Positions 14,323 through 26,007 of a DNA stretch of 64,000 nucleotides are shown here, in pieces; positions within the stretch are counted from its first letter, which is position 1; each line of letters begins with the position of its first letter. Location of the stretch: contig CDLV01000010.1 of NCBI GenBank assembly GCA_001244265.2, positions 1,116,001-1,180,000 of the forward strand, written 5' to 3'. The position numbers and the translations under genes are program-made. The notes beneath the pieces were generated by a model, which was given only the letters and a program-made list of their open reading frames with translations, did not search any database and was not told where the DNA came from. The DNA is from Microbotryum violaceum. Lineage: Eukaryota.

Positions 14323-16860
14323 CTAGTGGGAACCCGTTAAATTAACGGGAGGGTGAATTCAAATAGCAGCAGAACTGAACAGTCTACATGATTTCAACAG
14401 AGGTCAAATAAACACACTACGAAGTACAGCAAAGAAACAGTTCTCCATTCATCGGCCAAACAGCCTGCCCGTTGCTTGTTGCCAAAAACGTCGTTGTCGC
14501 AGAGTCGGTTCAACTTGGCTTCAAACGCTCGTGCAATGAGTTCCGGTCGGTTGCATGCTTGGTCGTTCGGTCCCAGTGCAGCCTTGATTTCAGGCCATTC
14601 GGGGTGGCACGTCACCGTGATGAACAACGAAGGCTTTCCATATTTTACGACGCACGCGTCATATCATCTTGTTAACGCTGCGTGCTCTCGCGCGGTCTAT
14701 TCTTGAACGTTGAGCCCAAAATCACCGAACATCCAACTTGATCCGGGGTCAAGTTGATGATGCCTTGGCCCGTGGTGAGGCGGAGGTTTTCTTGATCCAA
14801 CTGGAGGTAAGTTGAGTCGATCGGTCTCGACCTGGGCGTATCCGTCATCACGAACGCCAGGAAGGCACGTTGGGTGCAATGCGGGATTGAGAAGTACTCG
14901 TCGCGTTTGTGCAAGTCGTACGCAAATAATTGTGAACGCGAGACTCGCCACCTCGATCCCCTTTATTTGAGCTTCGTCCTGGGCGTTCAAACGTTCAATG
15001 TCAGTCTGTGCATGCGCCTTAACAGAATGGAACATCCGAGAAAGAGCCGAAAGGGCTTACGTTCACCATCACCATTCTCTGCGTCCCCTTCCTCCTCGTC
15101 GCGGTCTTTTGGCAAAGAGTGGCCCAATTTGGTTGAACGCGCAAAGAGGAATGTTGAGGTGGAAGCTATCTTCCTCTGCGGGGAAGAGTAGTGGGTAACG
15201 GAGAGGCATCGCAGACGGATGGAGCGAGCTAACGATTTGGTACTTGGGCCGACCATTGGGACATCGATCACCGTGCACCTGGAGAATAAGGTCTTGAGGT
15301 CCACGATCTCCCGTGTTGGTGTCGGAATCGCAGATAAGCATCGCCATTTCGGTGCTCGACGTAGGAAGGTTGTGGGTGCGTCGGTCTCGGCCAGCTGGTA
15401 GGCAGAGGCACGGGACCCACTCTTTGGCCTAACCTGCGCGAGCTTTGGCCGATGCAAGTTCCCTCACCAAGCGATTGCCGGTACGCAACGTAGAATTGAG
15501 CTTGGTCAAAGTAGATCTTTGTATGCGACTGTCTGCGCCGTCGGGTCCAAGTTGAGTGTCGGTGGCCTCGGCCGGGCAGATGAGCCATGTTTTGGCAAAG
15601 GTTGGGCGCTGATTGATGGCAGGAATTAGGGCGCCGAGAGTGGGCCCAGTCGATGGTAAAGGCGTCAAAAAATCCGAAACACGCGGGGTCCTTGAGTGCC
15701 TAGTCGAGTCTGGTCAAAGTGGGCAGCGAGCGAAGTGAAGACAGCGCGTTCAACTTGTTGTACGACCGGGCATTCTCGCGGAATGCAACCGCTTCTGGTG
15801 TAGGTGGGTCGAACCGTTCAGCATGTGGGCCTACGACGGACTGGAGAGACTGACCGGTATCCGACCCTTCAAGCAGCTGTCGATACTCGGGATTGGGCCG
15901 GAGAGAGGAGGTAGCTGCACCTTACCCTGCGAGCAGCACGTGCTCAAGTGTCCGGTTCGTCCTTTGCACTCCCAGTATCAAGCCTTGCAGTGGGCACACA
16001 CGGCCATCTGGGGCCGAGGTAGTCGCGGATGGGAACGTGGGGCTTGAGTGGTTTGACCGCGGTTCGAGGCCTGTCACTTGCTCTGCGCAGGAAGAGGTGG
16101 TGGTGGGGCGAGCTCAGCGTCAGTTCGGCCATCGGGCCATCGCGCTGACCACGCTGTCCGTTCTACAAAGCTGTACGGCGGCGCTTATACGGGTCGCAAT
16201 ACCAAGATCGGTTGAGTTGTTGTCATTGTGCGCGGGGAGCTGATTCTGTTGATCGGAGCGGGACAAAGAGGAGAGTCGAGCAGCGGGCCAAGCAGCAGGC
16301 GCTCGTGTAAGCTCGAGCAGGCCCATGGTCTCCCATGGCACGGCGGTACGCTATCCTCGCGCCAGACTCGGCGCGGTTGTCACAAAAATTCGGTGAGCGG
16401 GAGGGAAAGGAAAGAATTAGAGAGAGTATCGTGGGACTATTTACAGCCCCTGGAAGATCCTGTTGTTGTTCAGCCCCTAAAACCGGTGTCGCGTTGTAAA
16501 CAATACACATCACGTGATTGACGGCGCATCCGTAAGCCGCGCCCGCAAAGACAGCGGGACAACCTCTGAGCTCTGTAGAAGAAGTGTCATGCAAACCCAC
16601 GCGCTTGCTATACATTAAATCCCACACAAACTGCTCAATAGTCGGGCACCCCGCCAAAAATCAACAAAAATTTTCCTCGGGCTGTAGCTCGACTTTTATG
16701 GTGCAGAAAATGCGAAAAGGGTCGTACATGACTTCTGGTTGCGACGCCAATAGCACAGGCAGGTGCGGCAGACGTAATACTGTACTGGTACATTCACTAT
16801 AGGCGGCCCAGAGGGCCGCAACACAGTCAAAAACAGCGATTTTAGGTACATGGTCGCGGA
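14323..16860 (-). mobile_element. Defective, internally deleted Helitron, copy 1
   Basis: Minus-strand 3' end is CCCGTTAA-T-TTAACGGG hairpin, TTCCCA, then CTAG|T. Broken RepHel fragments VCAHCKA..CCSQGKVQLP, RENARSYN, HPSAMPLRYPLLFP and FITVTCHPEWPEI..RPELIARAF; no helicase region. 5' end is tentative (A|TC at 16861/16860). Confidence 0.88.
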
Positions 16861-17176
16861 TCGACACTTTTTTTTACTAGTTGGGGTAAGGGTAATAACC
16901 GAGTGTGTGAAATCTAATCAGGCTTGATCCAAAAAAAAGGGGGCTACCCGCGCTCTCATCTTAATCTGCTTGCGCTCAGCGTTGGGGCAGACTACCAACT
17001 TGGCCTCCTTCCAGCGCACTGGACTACTTGATCGATGGATTGCACCGACTCAGTTATCTATGCTAATCGACTCGTGGGCTTGATACTCGTATGCAGGCGG
17101 CCTCAGTCGGTGAACAGGCGGGAGGTGAAAGCGACTGATAGCGCACTGCATTTACCAGTAAAATTTTAGAGGTGCT

Positions 17177-18364
17177 TTAGATGTTGGAAGGGTAAAGCAT
17201 GACGCGAACAGAGTGACCGAAAGACTTGGCGGGAAGGTTTTCTGTAGATGGCCATCGAGGAAGGGGAAGAGTTATTTGATTTGCTGCTTCTTGCGAGTGC
17301 CGCGATTACTTACGACGGAATTGAGCGCGAACCATCCCCGAGTTGCCGTGCGAGCGGGTGACTTTGCCCCAGATGATGCGGATCTTGGATCCGTTAATTG
17401 GTCGGGTAGCGGTGTAGACGTATGCGACGCGCTGTTTTGGGGAAACAAGAGCGCAAACGGCGTCAGTGGTCATGTTCGGTACTTCTGCATGGATAGGGTG
17501 CTGTCTTCAATCTCGTTTCCCCCCTTTCCTCCAATCCCAGCTATGGCGTGTACACCTCAGCATCACGTCGCCTCTAGCCTCGCGCGGTCGCAAACGATCA
17601 TCGTTTCCACAACCTGACGCGCCCATGCCCGGTGGCCTCTCCAGCCCAACAACACATCCCCACTCCTCCCAGTATCAACCACAGCAATGAAATCATGCAC
17701 TGACCTTGCCCAAGTAGAACTGCGCCTCCTCCTTGTTGGCGACGCCCTCGATCTGGACGAGCGAGGTGCTGACTCGCACGTTGCGCTTGCCTCGCTGGTT
17801 ACCGGTCACACGTCCCTTGGCGTACAATCCTGTCGACGGTGAAATGGAAAAGTTCCGGAACAGGGCGCGGTGATCGGGTAGGGATAGTGCGAGTGCGTAG
17901 ATGGCGGTAGGAGTCGGAGGATCACGAGTGAGTGAGCCGGCCGAGTCGAAAATGGGCCCGGCACGCGCGGCGCAGGACGCAACGAACGCAGCCAGTCGAG
18001 TGCACGAGGATCCGTCCGATCGGAACGACAGCCGAATGCGAGGACGATGATCCGGGTCGTAATTCCATTCGGTGATGGGCGGAGGATGGCCGAATGCGTG
18101 CGACGGGTTTGCAACAACGCGGTGACGAAGGGTTTGACGACGGGGCGATGGGCGACGACGGCGGGCGGGCCAGGGCGAGAGTGCACCGTCGGATTGGCAG
18201 AGCGCGCGCGAAACGACGAGGACGAGGACGGAGCGGCCAGCGGATGACGGGTCGGGGGCGAGGCAGAGAGCGAGAAGGGCACAAGCAGGGGAAAGGAAGA
18301 GGAGGTCAGCAGTGGCTACAGCTCACGGGCCAGTCGGCGAGCACAGCTTACGGGTGGAAGGCAT
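17177..18364 (-). CDS. RPL33: 60S ribosomal protein eL33 (L35a), 4 exons
   Basis: Spliced [85 protein letters not shown]/..[20 protein letters not shown]. Not in the ORF track. Confidence 0.96.
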
Positions 18365-18834
18365 TCTTGATGATGGGTGCTTGACGAGGGAGGAAGGGCA
18401 GGAGATATCGACGCAAAAGAGCTCGAGGCCACACGCCTACCTTTGGCGCGAAAAAAGTACCCGCGCCAGCCAGCGCTAGCCTGCTCAGCCTGGGCAGGCC
18501 TGGGCTTCCTCTCCCCCGCCAGCCGTGGACGAAACTCAGAGGCTTGGGCCAGCCTCCGCCAACAGGGCGATTTCAAACCAATAAAAGCCACCGGCGTCGA
18601 GCAGTTTTAGCCACCCCCCTCTTCATTGGAGCTGTGTGAGTTTGCCTCGTACACATCTTGTCACTCTTATTTCAAATTGAATGGGCAATCTAAGCAAGTG
18701 AATTTATCGCGCTACTGAAATAGTTTGAGGTCGATATTGCATTTATTTATTTATTTATTTCAGTTAGAAGTTGAACCTCGACGTCGGCACTCGCACAGTC
18801 TGGAGCCGCTTTGAGGCCGCTTTTAGGGCCGCTA

Positions 18835-19076
18835 AGAACCCGGGAAAGCTCAGCCCAATGTGCGTCTCGGAGATTTGTACTTTTCGGGCCCATTTATGCC
18901 TTGTGATATGCTACATGACGTGATTTTTCATGGTAGAGTCACTTTTTGAACACATCCTGATAATCTGGTTTTACACCGGAATACATACACCCCTTATATA
19001 GGGATATTCGGTGTACAAATCGGCCTAAAAACGGGGTTTTTCGAGACGCACCTTCGGCTGAGCTTTCCCGGGTCCT
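18835..19076. mobile_element. MITE-like element (242 bp) with ~36-bp TIRs and 8-9-bp TSD
   Basis: Left end agaacccgggaaagctcagcccaatgtgcgtctcg vs reverse complement of the right end aggacccgggaaagctcagccgaaggtgcgtctcg. Flanked by gggccgcta (18826-34) and gggccgctt (19077-85). Confidence 0.75.
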
Positions 19077-19888
19077 GGGCCGCTTGCGAAAGGCGGACGA
19101 AGCACTTCGCGCGCGGTGAGACCCGCGCTCCTTGCTCTCTTCTCCAACTGATGTGCGATGTGAGTCCCTTCCCATGAACCTTACAGTCACCACCACCCAC
19201 TCTACGCGCACTCTATCACTCCAAGAAACTGACCCATACCTTCCACTCCCTTTCCCGATCCTGCAGGCAAGACATCGCACGACCATTTCTGCCTTGCTCC
19301 TCGCCAACCTTCTCCAGGAGGAACTTGTTCTAAATTTTGGTCAAGATCGAATTACCAGACGCACCTCATCAAGGAAGAGGCTTCTGAAAGGGCTTCTTTC
19401 TTGGATTGCAACACCCTACTTCTCGATAGGGTGGAGCGCTTTGGGGGGCGGTATATTTTCTTCTGTCTTCTTTCTCTCTTTCTCCTTTTGACAAATTCCA
19501 GGGACGACGGACTACGTCTTTGGCTCCTTTCTTTGACCATGTCGCCTCTTCTGTGGGCGCATGCACATACAAACATTCTTACCAAGCCTCGTATTTTGTC
19601 GACCTACGTCTGGGGAAGGCGTCCTCGATCTCTTCGTGGGAAAGAAGCCAGCTTGCCCAGTATGGAGGCCCGATATACGGAACGGGGCGAGATCTCTTCA
19701 CCTTGTTTGCAATACATTCTTTCCATGACCCAAGTACTTTGATCTGTGCGTAGGTGTGGGTGTGTGCCCAATCGTGCGACGCGGACGCGATAAGACTGCC
19801 ACGTCCAGAGCGGTTGAGATGAAGCCGAATACATCAGAACCACTTGCGAAGGGGGGAAACAACTACATAAAACAGTCGACACGGTCTT

Positions 19889-20785
19889 CTACTCGTTCTC
19901 GGACGGGAAAATGTTGGGGTATTGGGCCTGTAGCCATGCCAATGAGCACGAAGGGCAGTTCGGTCAGCCTCCTTCTACATTCATCAGAACGGATGAGAGC
20001 ATCTTCGGATCAGATCGGTACTTACCCAGAGTTCAGTGACTTTCTCCAGCAAAGGCATGTCTGGGATAGATGACGCGATAGATCGATGCAGGAAGGCAAA
20101 GCAATTAGTCTAGGCACTCGACGCGTTGCGACGCGCTCTGGTCCACGCAACGACCCCCGACCAGACGCACCGATACTGGCCCCCATGTTGCAACTATGCC
20201 AAGTAATACAAGCGAAAAGGGTCAGTGAACTCGTCATCACGCGCATGGAGCCTGTGTGAACCGCAACCGACCTGCTCAATTCACTCATCGACCCTTCGCC
20301 ATCAATCTTGCCAATCACCTCGACGTAAGTGTCCGCCAAGTTCGCCGACTGTTGGATCGGGCCCCAGGTTATGGCATCCAGTCAGCGAGGTCTGAAATGG
20401 AATGCCTTGTTTTGGATTGGCTCGCGGTGGTAGAGGGACAAACTGACTCGACTAAGCTTGACTCGGACTTGACCACCGTCACTCAGTTCGAGCACCGCGT
20501 AGTCGCCGTCCAACTGGATGGGAGTCGTGAGAGAGCCATGTCCGTCAGCAACCCAAATTCGACGGTCTACTTTCTATCAGAAGCTCACGCTGATGACCTT
20601 GCCAACCACTCGCACGACCTTGCCAGCTCCTGTGTCCGGACGAACGATGGCGCAGTGAGCGAGGTGTCAGTTCCGAAATGCGCCTGTGCGACACACAACA
20701 TCCTTCACGATCATGCGGTTCAGCCAATGCACTGACCCATTTGACTCAATCCGACACTGTTGACGCGGGGTGTTGGTCGCTCCAT
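19889..20785 (-). CDS. RFA3: Replication protein A 14 kDa subunit (RPA3/Ssb3), about 7 short exons
   Basis: MERPTPRVNS.. / GKVVRVVGKVIS / LDGDYAVLELSDGGQVRVKL / DTYVEVIGKID / CNMGASI / DMPLLEKVTELW / AQYPNIFPSENE*. Confidence 0.85.
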
Positions 20786-21140
20786 AGTGCTTCGAGGAGT
20801 GGGTGGTAAGGTTCAGTGGAGGCGGGTGGAGTCGGCAGTCGGATGTCAAAAAGCGCGACGACGACGCGACGACCGCAAGGCACTGATGCGAATGCCGCAT
20901 CTGGTTTCACCCAGTCAGCTATGATATCTGACAGGCGAAGAATACGTGTGTGCGTAATACTACATTGCGCTGAAATGAAGAAAAAAAAAACTCGCCCTTT
21001 ATAGACTACGATAAACTGCATGCGATACGTAGGGAAGACTACACTAATTCTATGACTTCAAAAGTATATCGACTAGAAACCGAAAACGATACTGAGGCGG
21101 TTGGTGGGTATTAAGCAGTAAGCTGGTAGCGGACGAGAGA

Positions 21141-24100
21141 TCAATACGATCCCTGGGTGCCCATACTGGGGTGACGACGCCGCTTCTTGTGCGCCTTCTT
21201 GGACGACTTGAAGATATGGTAGATGAGCGACCACAGCGCCACACTCGAGCCGAGCATGATTCCGATCACTCCGCCGAACCAACCAAAGCCAGCTGGTAAT
21301 CCATCGGAGCCGAGGTGGGTGTACCGATCACCATTGTGAGGGACGGGCACGTTCAGGGAGAACATGCCCGTGATGATCGTAACAAAAACGAACGTGAGCG
21401 AGACCGTGTAGAGCTTGGCTAGTCCATGGTCGGTGCCACCTTTGGCCGAGGCGAGCGCGAGGCGTAGGAGGCCGATGTAGGCCGGGTGGTCGTGCGACAG
21501 GATGGCGTCGTAAAAGATCAACGACTGCTGCATTGCCGCGATATGATCTGAGGTGCGCATGGCTCAGTGTCAGCTGCCAAGGACACACCACGATCGGGGA
21601 TGGACCACCGCCGAGACTCACCAAACAAGTCCCCAAAGTAAATAGCAATATCATGCTTGCCCTCCGCACCCCTGAACATGGCCAAGTTCTCCTCCTTGGT
21701 CCTCTTCCTCAACCCTTTAATGACCTCAAGCTTAGGCGCCAACAGCCGACTCAAGCCCGTGACGAGTTTGCGCGAATCGGCCAACCGCTTGAGCATGATC
21801 GTGCGATCAAATTTGGTCTCGCCAATCTTGACGCCCTGACTGACCCCGTCCGCACCGGTGTGTCGACGAGCGACCCTCGCAGACGCTTGGGCGACGAGCT
21901 GTTCAATCGTATGGACTGGCTGGGCTTCCTTCTTTGCCAAGGAAGTGAGGTGGAAGCCTTTGGCATCGACGAGCATGATCGAGTCGGTCGGCGTATCCGT
22001 CGTCGACACCCATCGAGAGGGCAAGATGCGCACGAGCGGCGAAGGCACCCAGAGCGAGGGGAAATGGCTCAAAACGGTCCTCGGGGTCTTGCGACGGATC
22101 GTCGCCTTCTTCATCGGTACACCGGACTCGCCCGTTCCACTGATCGAGGGCGAAGATCCCTTGAGCTTCTCTTCGTCGACCGCAGGCTCAACGATGATAC
22201 CGACAACTTGATCATCATAGACGGTCTGGCCGCCGACACTCCCGAGGCCCGAAGGGATAGGCTTGTGCGAGTGGCTGATGGCAGACCGGTAGGGGTTGAG
22301 TGGATCCGCGAGGAAGGTGTCGACTTCGTTAGATTCACCCTCGATGAAGTCGATGAGTGGGAAAAAGGCGTCGACGATGGAATCCATAAGACCATAAGCG
22401 ATCCAGTCTGTGACTCGGTCGAGAAAGCGGGAGTGAGTGATATTGTCTGATCGAGAGATATGTTGCTTTACTCACGAGATGAAAAATTTCGCGAGCGGCC
22501 GAACTGCTGAAGCTTGCCCTGCACTCTTTCGAGATGTTTGGTAATGTCTTCAAAGTGGAACTGCGAGGTTCAGGCCGGTCAGCAACTCGTGCCAAGTCAA
22601 CAAACCAGCAAATCGAGTGACACCCAGCACTCACCGTGAGGATGCCATCCGGAAAGACGATGAGGTACATGTTGATGGCGCCAACACTGACGCCTTCGAC
22701 ACCTTCCTTGCCACCTACCCCCTCGACGATCTCGACCCTACCCCTCCCACCGGGGCTCGATCCAGGCAACTGACTGCCATGTCGTTCTCGATCGCTGGCC
22801 GCGTCCGCCTCGGACCAAGTCGGCGCCGTCGCATGTGGTGAGCCCGTAGGGTCAAGCGCAGGGTCGGGCGAATGGTAGCGGAAGTAAGACTCGTCGAGGG
22901 CACGAAACACGATGAGGTAATAATCGAGCGCGGCAAAGTTCTCGACCTTCTCCCTCGTATCCTGATGAAGGATATCCTCCATCGTCAAGGGATGCAAGGG
23001 AAGCACTTTCCTCAATTCGCGCATGTCGGCCACGGTCGGGCACATGACGTCGAGCCACCAGGCCGGTCCTTCTTCGCCTTTGCCGGCTTTGCCCAGTCGA
23101 CGTTCTGTCGCAAGCGCCCCGCGACGCCCATTCTTGCTACCGGTCGCAACCCCAGGCGTGACAGTGGGAGTTACAGCAGGTGTCGATGCACTTCCTGCAC
23201 CAAGGGTATTGGCTCGTTGCGGCGGGGACAGTTCAGGCTCATTAACGTCAGGAAAGTAGGATTCTTCGTCTTTGGTGCCCAGCGTGGACAAAGCCCCGAC
23301 ACCAAGATCGCTTGAAGCCATATCCTCCTGTCGTCGCTCGGCCCAGAACTGTCGCAGCCTCCCAAGTACAGGAGCCAAAGTCGAAGTTGTGAGAAGGTCA
23401 AAGCCAGGCGCACTAGGTGCGGTGGGAGCCGAAGGGGTTGCGGGTGTGAAAGCCGAAGCGTTGACCGCGTTGGGCATGAGATGCGAAGGATATGCGAGAG
23501 TTTCCGAGTGGCTTAAGCATGGCGTCAACAACGTGAAGTGGGGAGTGGGAGGCTCCCATTCCGAGTCAGAGTCTGAGTCGGAAGAGGACGACGAGCCGGA
23601 TGACGAGTTGCGCCAGAAACGCCAACCGCCCCACGTCGAAGAGGAGCGAGACGAGGAACCGCTACCCGTCGAAGAGTTCGTCGAACCGGACGACGCTGTA
23701 GACGAAGAAGACGAAGAAGAGGATGAAGACGAAGACGAAGACGAACCACCGCCACGAGATCGGCTCCTACGACGACGACCTCCCTTTCTTCGGACCGTCT
23801 TCCAAGCCGACTTGACCCTCGACCTTGCCGACCGGCCTGAACGACTCGACCTTCCCGTTCGATTCGAAGCGACACTCTTTGACCCTCGTCGCCTCCACCT
23901 CCTTCTTGCTGGTGCGGGTGTGTACAGAGGGTGAGGGGTCCGGCCGCCGGCGGGCGGATCACCTCGGGCATGTTCGGGATGAGGCTCATCGTCGTCGCGG
24001 GCAGCAAAGCCAAACATGGGCGATTGGGGAGGCAACCTCTCGCCCTCATTCAACCGGTAATCGTCATCGTGGGTGAAGATGGAGTCTGTGATGTCGGCCT

Positions 24101-24593
24101 CTCGGCCTGGTGATCGCGGTGCGGTCGTTTTGTTTGCTAATATCGGACGCAGTGGGATCGCGGACCCCATGGGCACCGGGGCCGAGGGGGAAGCAGATAG
24201 GTCGAAGCGAGTGCGGGGCGACGCGAGCGTAGAGATGATGGGGGTCAAGTTGGTGTTGTGCTTGGCCATCGCCTTGCGGTCTATGTTCGAGATGGCCCTC
24301 GGTCGTTCACGAGTGTGGGCGGGAAGCGGTGTCGCCAACGCCGGTCCGGGCAGCTCGAGGTCGGGCAGAGGAGGGAGATCGAACTGCAGGGACATCTTCC
24401 GCTGCGTCGAAGGTGGGGGCGAAGAGTGTGACCGTTGCGCCGTAGATCTGGCTGGTGAATGTTGCATGGTCTTCGAGGGCGACGTGGCTTGGTCGCGTGC
24501 TGTTTCCTCGACTCGTCGTCGGGGCAGTTGATCGTCGCCCCTTCGCACCGAGTCGTCGGTTGGCGAGTCGCGTTGGATTGCGCTGCCCTGCAT
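21141..24593 (-). CDS. CorA-family divalent cation transporter (Alr1/Mnr2-like)
   Basis: WWLDVMCPT, LHPLTMEDIL, REKVE, YYLIVF, MDSIVDAFFP, YFGDL, two C-terminal TM segments with TGMFSLNVPVP and WFGG. Long Ser/Arg-rich N-terminus. Confidence 0.9.
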
Positions 24594-25034
24594 CTTGAAA
24601 TGGTGTGTTCTAACCCATCAACGTGCTCCTTCGTCTTATCGCCAGTGATTGTACGCGCTGCTGTTGCTGGTGGTGTGGAATTGTCCGCACTGCTGCGTCC
24701 GGCTGCCTGTTGTCCACTTGATGGGTGCCGCCCAACCACGGTCGTGACGATCACCCCTACGCACGTGCGCTGATCGCTCGTCGGCCGATGTTCCGTCAGT
24801 TCCGTCAGTTTCGCAAACGGGTCGCGGCGAACGACGTGATCCAGTGGTATGGCGGCTCGCGTCTATAACGAAAGCGGCGAGAGCGAATCTCAGTACGTGA
24901 CGCAGAGAGCTGCTAGCTGTCTTCTGGCGACCCGGGACTCGGGAATGGAGTGTGCCCGAAGAGAAGGACCGAAGTGTGCCAGCGCCTGCCAGCGCCCTCA
25001 TCGGCGAAGACCGGACCCGTCCGGGGTCGGGGTC

Positions 25035-25075
25035 GACCAGCCCCTACCAGCCCTGACCAGCCCCGACCAGCCCCT
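25035..25075. repeat. Tandem 10-bp repeat, (g/t)accagccc(c/t) x4
   Basis: gaccagcccc taccagccct gaccagcccc gaccagcccc, about 450 bp upstream of the CorA gene. Confidence 0.8.
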
Positions 25076-26007
25076 GCTCGCGTGACACGGACCAAGCACG
25101 GAAAGTGGCCCGATAAAACAGCCGAGACGTACCCTGGGACGCAGTGGAAGAAGACTGCAGTGCGAAAAGAGACTGGCCAGGTAGAGCGGCAGCCAGCGAA
25201 AGTGCTCGCAGACAGGTTAGAACGGTGAAGGTTTGGGATTAGGGTCGTCGCTGCAGGTCGCTGCGCCAGTCCCTCCTGTGTCGCCGCTCGGGAGCGCGTG
25301 AGAGCGCGTGACGCGGTGAGCACTGGGCGTATCCTCGGAGCTGTCGTGGTTTGCCGTCGGTTTGGGGATCTGCGAACTCTCCTCCCCGAGCTGAGGTGTT
25401 TTCTTGGACTCGAAGCTTGACTGAGAACCGTCGTGGCGGCGATCCTTTGGGCAAGGCGCCTCCCCTTGAAATCAGGCCTTCGGACCTGTAGCCAACGTAA
25501 GACTGTCAGCGAATCACGGGCCTCGGCAAGCTTGCTCAGGGGAAACCCTTCTCTCTTGAGCTCTCTATTGAATCATTAACTTCTGCCTGAGAATGAAATC
25601 GTTTGGAAAGAGAAAAAAAATCGCGCCGACTTCGATCTACGACCGTCCTGGCGATTCTCTATCAGGCATAGTAGCCCTTACACGACGGCCCCAGAAACAA
25701 CGACAAGTCTGTTTCATTCTGCCCACGCAAGCAACAAATTGATGGCCAGGCAAACAAGGGTAGGGTGATGTTTCCGTTTTCTGACGCTGGAGAAAGTGCC
25801 TCATCGCTCAGCGCTCACGGAGCAGCGTACCAGCGCGCTGCCTTCGCAACGAAGAGACGATCGCGAGGGGAAGGAAAAAAGGAAAGCGTTCCAGAAGTAT
25901 AACACAGACAGAAGTCGACGAAGAGCATCGGAAAAGCGAATTTGAGACGAGGGGCGCAGACAAAACTACACTACAGCCTATAGGGACACATCAGGGGTTC
26001 ACAACGC

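Noticed and set aside
17434..18350. snoRNA within the long RPL33 introns
   Set aside because: No convincing box C/D pair or H/ACA layout seen by eye.
25090..25520. GC-rich intergenic stretch as a structured ncRNA (telomerase RNA, RNase P/MRP)
   Set aside because: Only one ttaggg, no 1.5-repeat template, and no recognisable conserved boxes. An Rfam search would be needed.
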